Positions 42,486-43,463 of a stretch of 43,463 nucleotides of DNA are shown one piece after another. How positions within the stretch are numbered: position 1 is the first letter of the stretch; each line of letters begins with the position of its first letter. Origin of the DNA: Minisyncoccota bacterium (lineage in GTDB: Bacteria; Patescibacteriota; Minisyncoccia; Phycocordibacterales; Phycocordibacteraceae); assembly GCA_023653145.1 (NCBI GenBank), contig JAMNXM010000001.1, positions 1-43,463 on the forward strand, written 5' to 3'. Under the pieces are notes generated by a model that did no database searches, was not told the origin of the DNA, and was given only the letters and a program-made list of their open reading frames with translations. The position numbers and the translations under genes are program-made.

Positions 42486-43289
42486 ATGAGTAAACGGCCG
42501 TTCGTACGAGGTAAGCGCGGGACATACGTATCCGCACCCAAGGAAGAGCGGCGGACGTCGAAGACTGGTTGGGACGAGATGGCGCCATGGTATGCCGGTT
42601 GGGCAGGCGGTGGATCCACCTTTCACAAGCAGTTTGCTATCCCTGCAGTGGTAGAAGCACTGACCGCAGCGCGCCCCAAGGGAGGCGCGCTTGCTGTTAT
42701 TGATCTTGGGTGTGGCCTTGGGGTACTCCGCGAGGCAGTAGAGAAACTCGGCGGCACCTACACCGGTGTCGACAAGTCTCCAACCATGATCCGCGAAGCA
42801 AAGCGTAAGGGCGGTAAGGCGCAATTTTACATTTCCGATGTTGCGCGTCCCGGCGGCGTTGCGCTTCCAGTAACTGAGAAGTATGACCGCGCGGTATTTA
42901 TGTTTTCTATCCAAGATGTCGACGACCACCGTGCTGCGTTTAAAAACGCTGCAGCACTCCTCAAGTCCGGAGGCGAGTTGGTAGTATTTATGGTCCACCC
43001 AGCGTTTCGTATCCCACGTCAGTCTGGATGGGGGACTGATCCAAAGCGCAAACTCACCTATAGGCGCATTGACCGCTATAAGAGCGAGGTAACGATCCCG
43101 CTCCCACAGCGGACAGGAGACACGCAAACAACATCATTCTTTTATCACCGCTCACTCGAGTCATATATGGGCGCGCTCCGCGACGCAGGATTTGTGGTTG
43201 CTGACCTCCGCGAGATCTACTCAGGGACTAAGGACGCTGAGACCGAGTTCCCGCACTTTATGCTCATCCGAGCAAAAGTGGTGCGATAG
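42486..43289 (+). CDS. Class I SAM-dependent methyltransferase (substrate unknown)
   Basis: It has SAM-binding motif I ([11 protein letters not shown]) and post-I/II contexts ([19 protein letters not shown]). It is 267 aa. Confidence 0.75.
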   Translation: MSKRPFVRGKRGTYVSAPKEERRTSKTGWDEMAPWYAGWAGGGSTFHKQFAIPAVVEALTAARPKGGALAVIDLGCGLGVLREAVEKLGGTYTGVDKSPTMIREAKRKGGKAQFYISDVARPGGVALPVTEKYDRAVFMFSIQDVDDHRAAFKNAAALLKSGGELVVFMVHPAFRIPRQSGWGTDPKRKLTYRRIDRYKSEVTIPLPQRTGDTQTTSFFYHRSLESYMGALRDAGFVVADLREIYSGTKDAETEFPHFMLIRAKVVR

Positions 43290-43298
43290 TAATTTTTA

Positions 43299-43307
43299 TG
43301 CTATAAT
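43299..43307 (+). promoter_or_regulatory. Consensus extended -10 box TGCTATAAT, 28 nt upstream of the typA ATG (a leadered exception)
   Basis: Read directly from the sequence. A small GCC-TTCG-GGC hairpin lies in the predicted 5' UTR. Confidence 0.5.
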
Positions 43308-43335
43308 TATAAAAGCCTTCGGGCGGTTTTTTATT

Positions 43336-43463
43336 ATGGAAATCCGAAACATCGCAATCATCGCCCACGTGGACCACGGCAAGACTACGCTCACCGACGC
43401 TATTTTGCGCCAGACCGGTGCAGCAAAGGAGGGGGTCACCATGGACACCAACAAGCTTGAGCA
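43336..43463 (+). CDS. typA: Translational GTPase TypA/BipA, N-terminal 42 aa (3' end outside the window)
   Basis: It reads [28 protein letters not shown]...TMDTNKLE, giving the G1 motif AHVDHGKTT and the BipA-type MD(S/T)N.LE. Confidence 0.85.
   Translation, partial: MEIRNIAIIAHVDHGKTTLTDAILRQTGAAKEGVTMDTNKLE

Noticed and set aside
42465-43127. A 220-aa minus-strand ORF opposite the methyltransferase gene
   Set aside because: The plus-strand frame carries the SAM-binding motif [11 protein letters not shown] and a leaderless promoter. The antisense translation has no recognisable features.

Overview
The window is a densely packed, mostly co-directional chromosomal segment that uses the standard genetic code. 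TGA, TAA and TAG all terminate well-supported genes. The gene content looks like a small-genome, Patescibacteria/CPR-like (Parcubacteria-type) bacterium; this placement is an inference from gene content and cannot be proven from the sequence alone.

Gene order:
- 1-11262: a complete, secretin-less type IV pilus locus. It contains pilM/N/O-like genes, pilB, an embedded CheY-like receiver, pilT, pilC, three tandem major-pilin paralogs, pilD and four translationally coupled minor pilins.
- 11398-15978: ligA, gatC, gatA and a membrane protein.
- 15971-16536: an HNH endonuclease gene and an initiator-like tRNA-Met.
- 16555-21432: a sugar-phosphate operon (gap, rpiB, rpe-like, split transketolase, histidine phosphatase).
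- 21433-24086: a divergent PfkB kinase / FAD-oxidase pair.
- 24111-26158: ribosomal protein L25 and a coiled-coil MltB-like lytic transglycosylase.
- 26218-35188: the most unusual region. A two-gene cassette occurs twice in tandem: a membrane-anchored PD40/TolB-like protein followed by a giant Cys-rich secreted protein of 962 aa or about 1493 aa.
- 35225-38177: rpmE, prfA, rpsB, tsf and a small membrane protein.
- 38182-38747: tRNA-Thr and a second HNH gene.
- 38774-40696: a membrane thioredoxin-like protein plus a processive GT2 synthase.
- 40728-41882: a mitochondrial-type (catalytic domain + FDX-ACB) PheRS.
- 41883-42485: a 600-bp non-coding island with small Cys-rich ORFs.
- 42486-43463: a SAM methyltransferase and the start of typA.

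Nearly every transcription unit starts with a (TGn)TAnnnT -10 box placed 6-9 nt before the start codon, which suggests pervasive leaderless expression. I saw no CRISPR array, rRNA, transposase or prophage.
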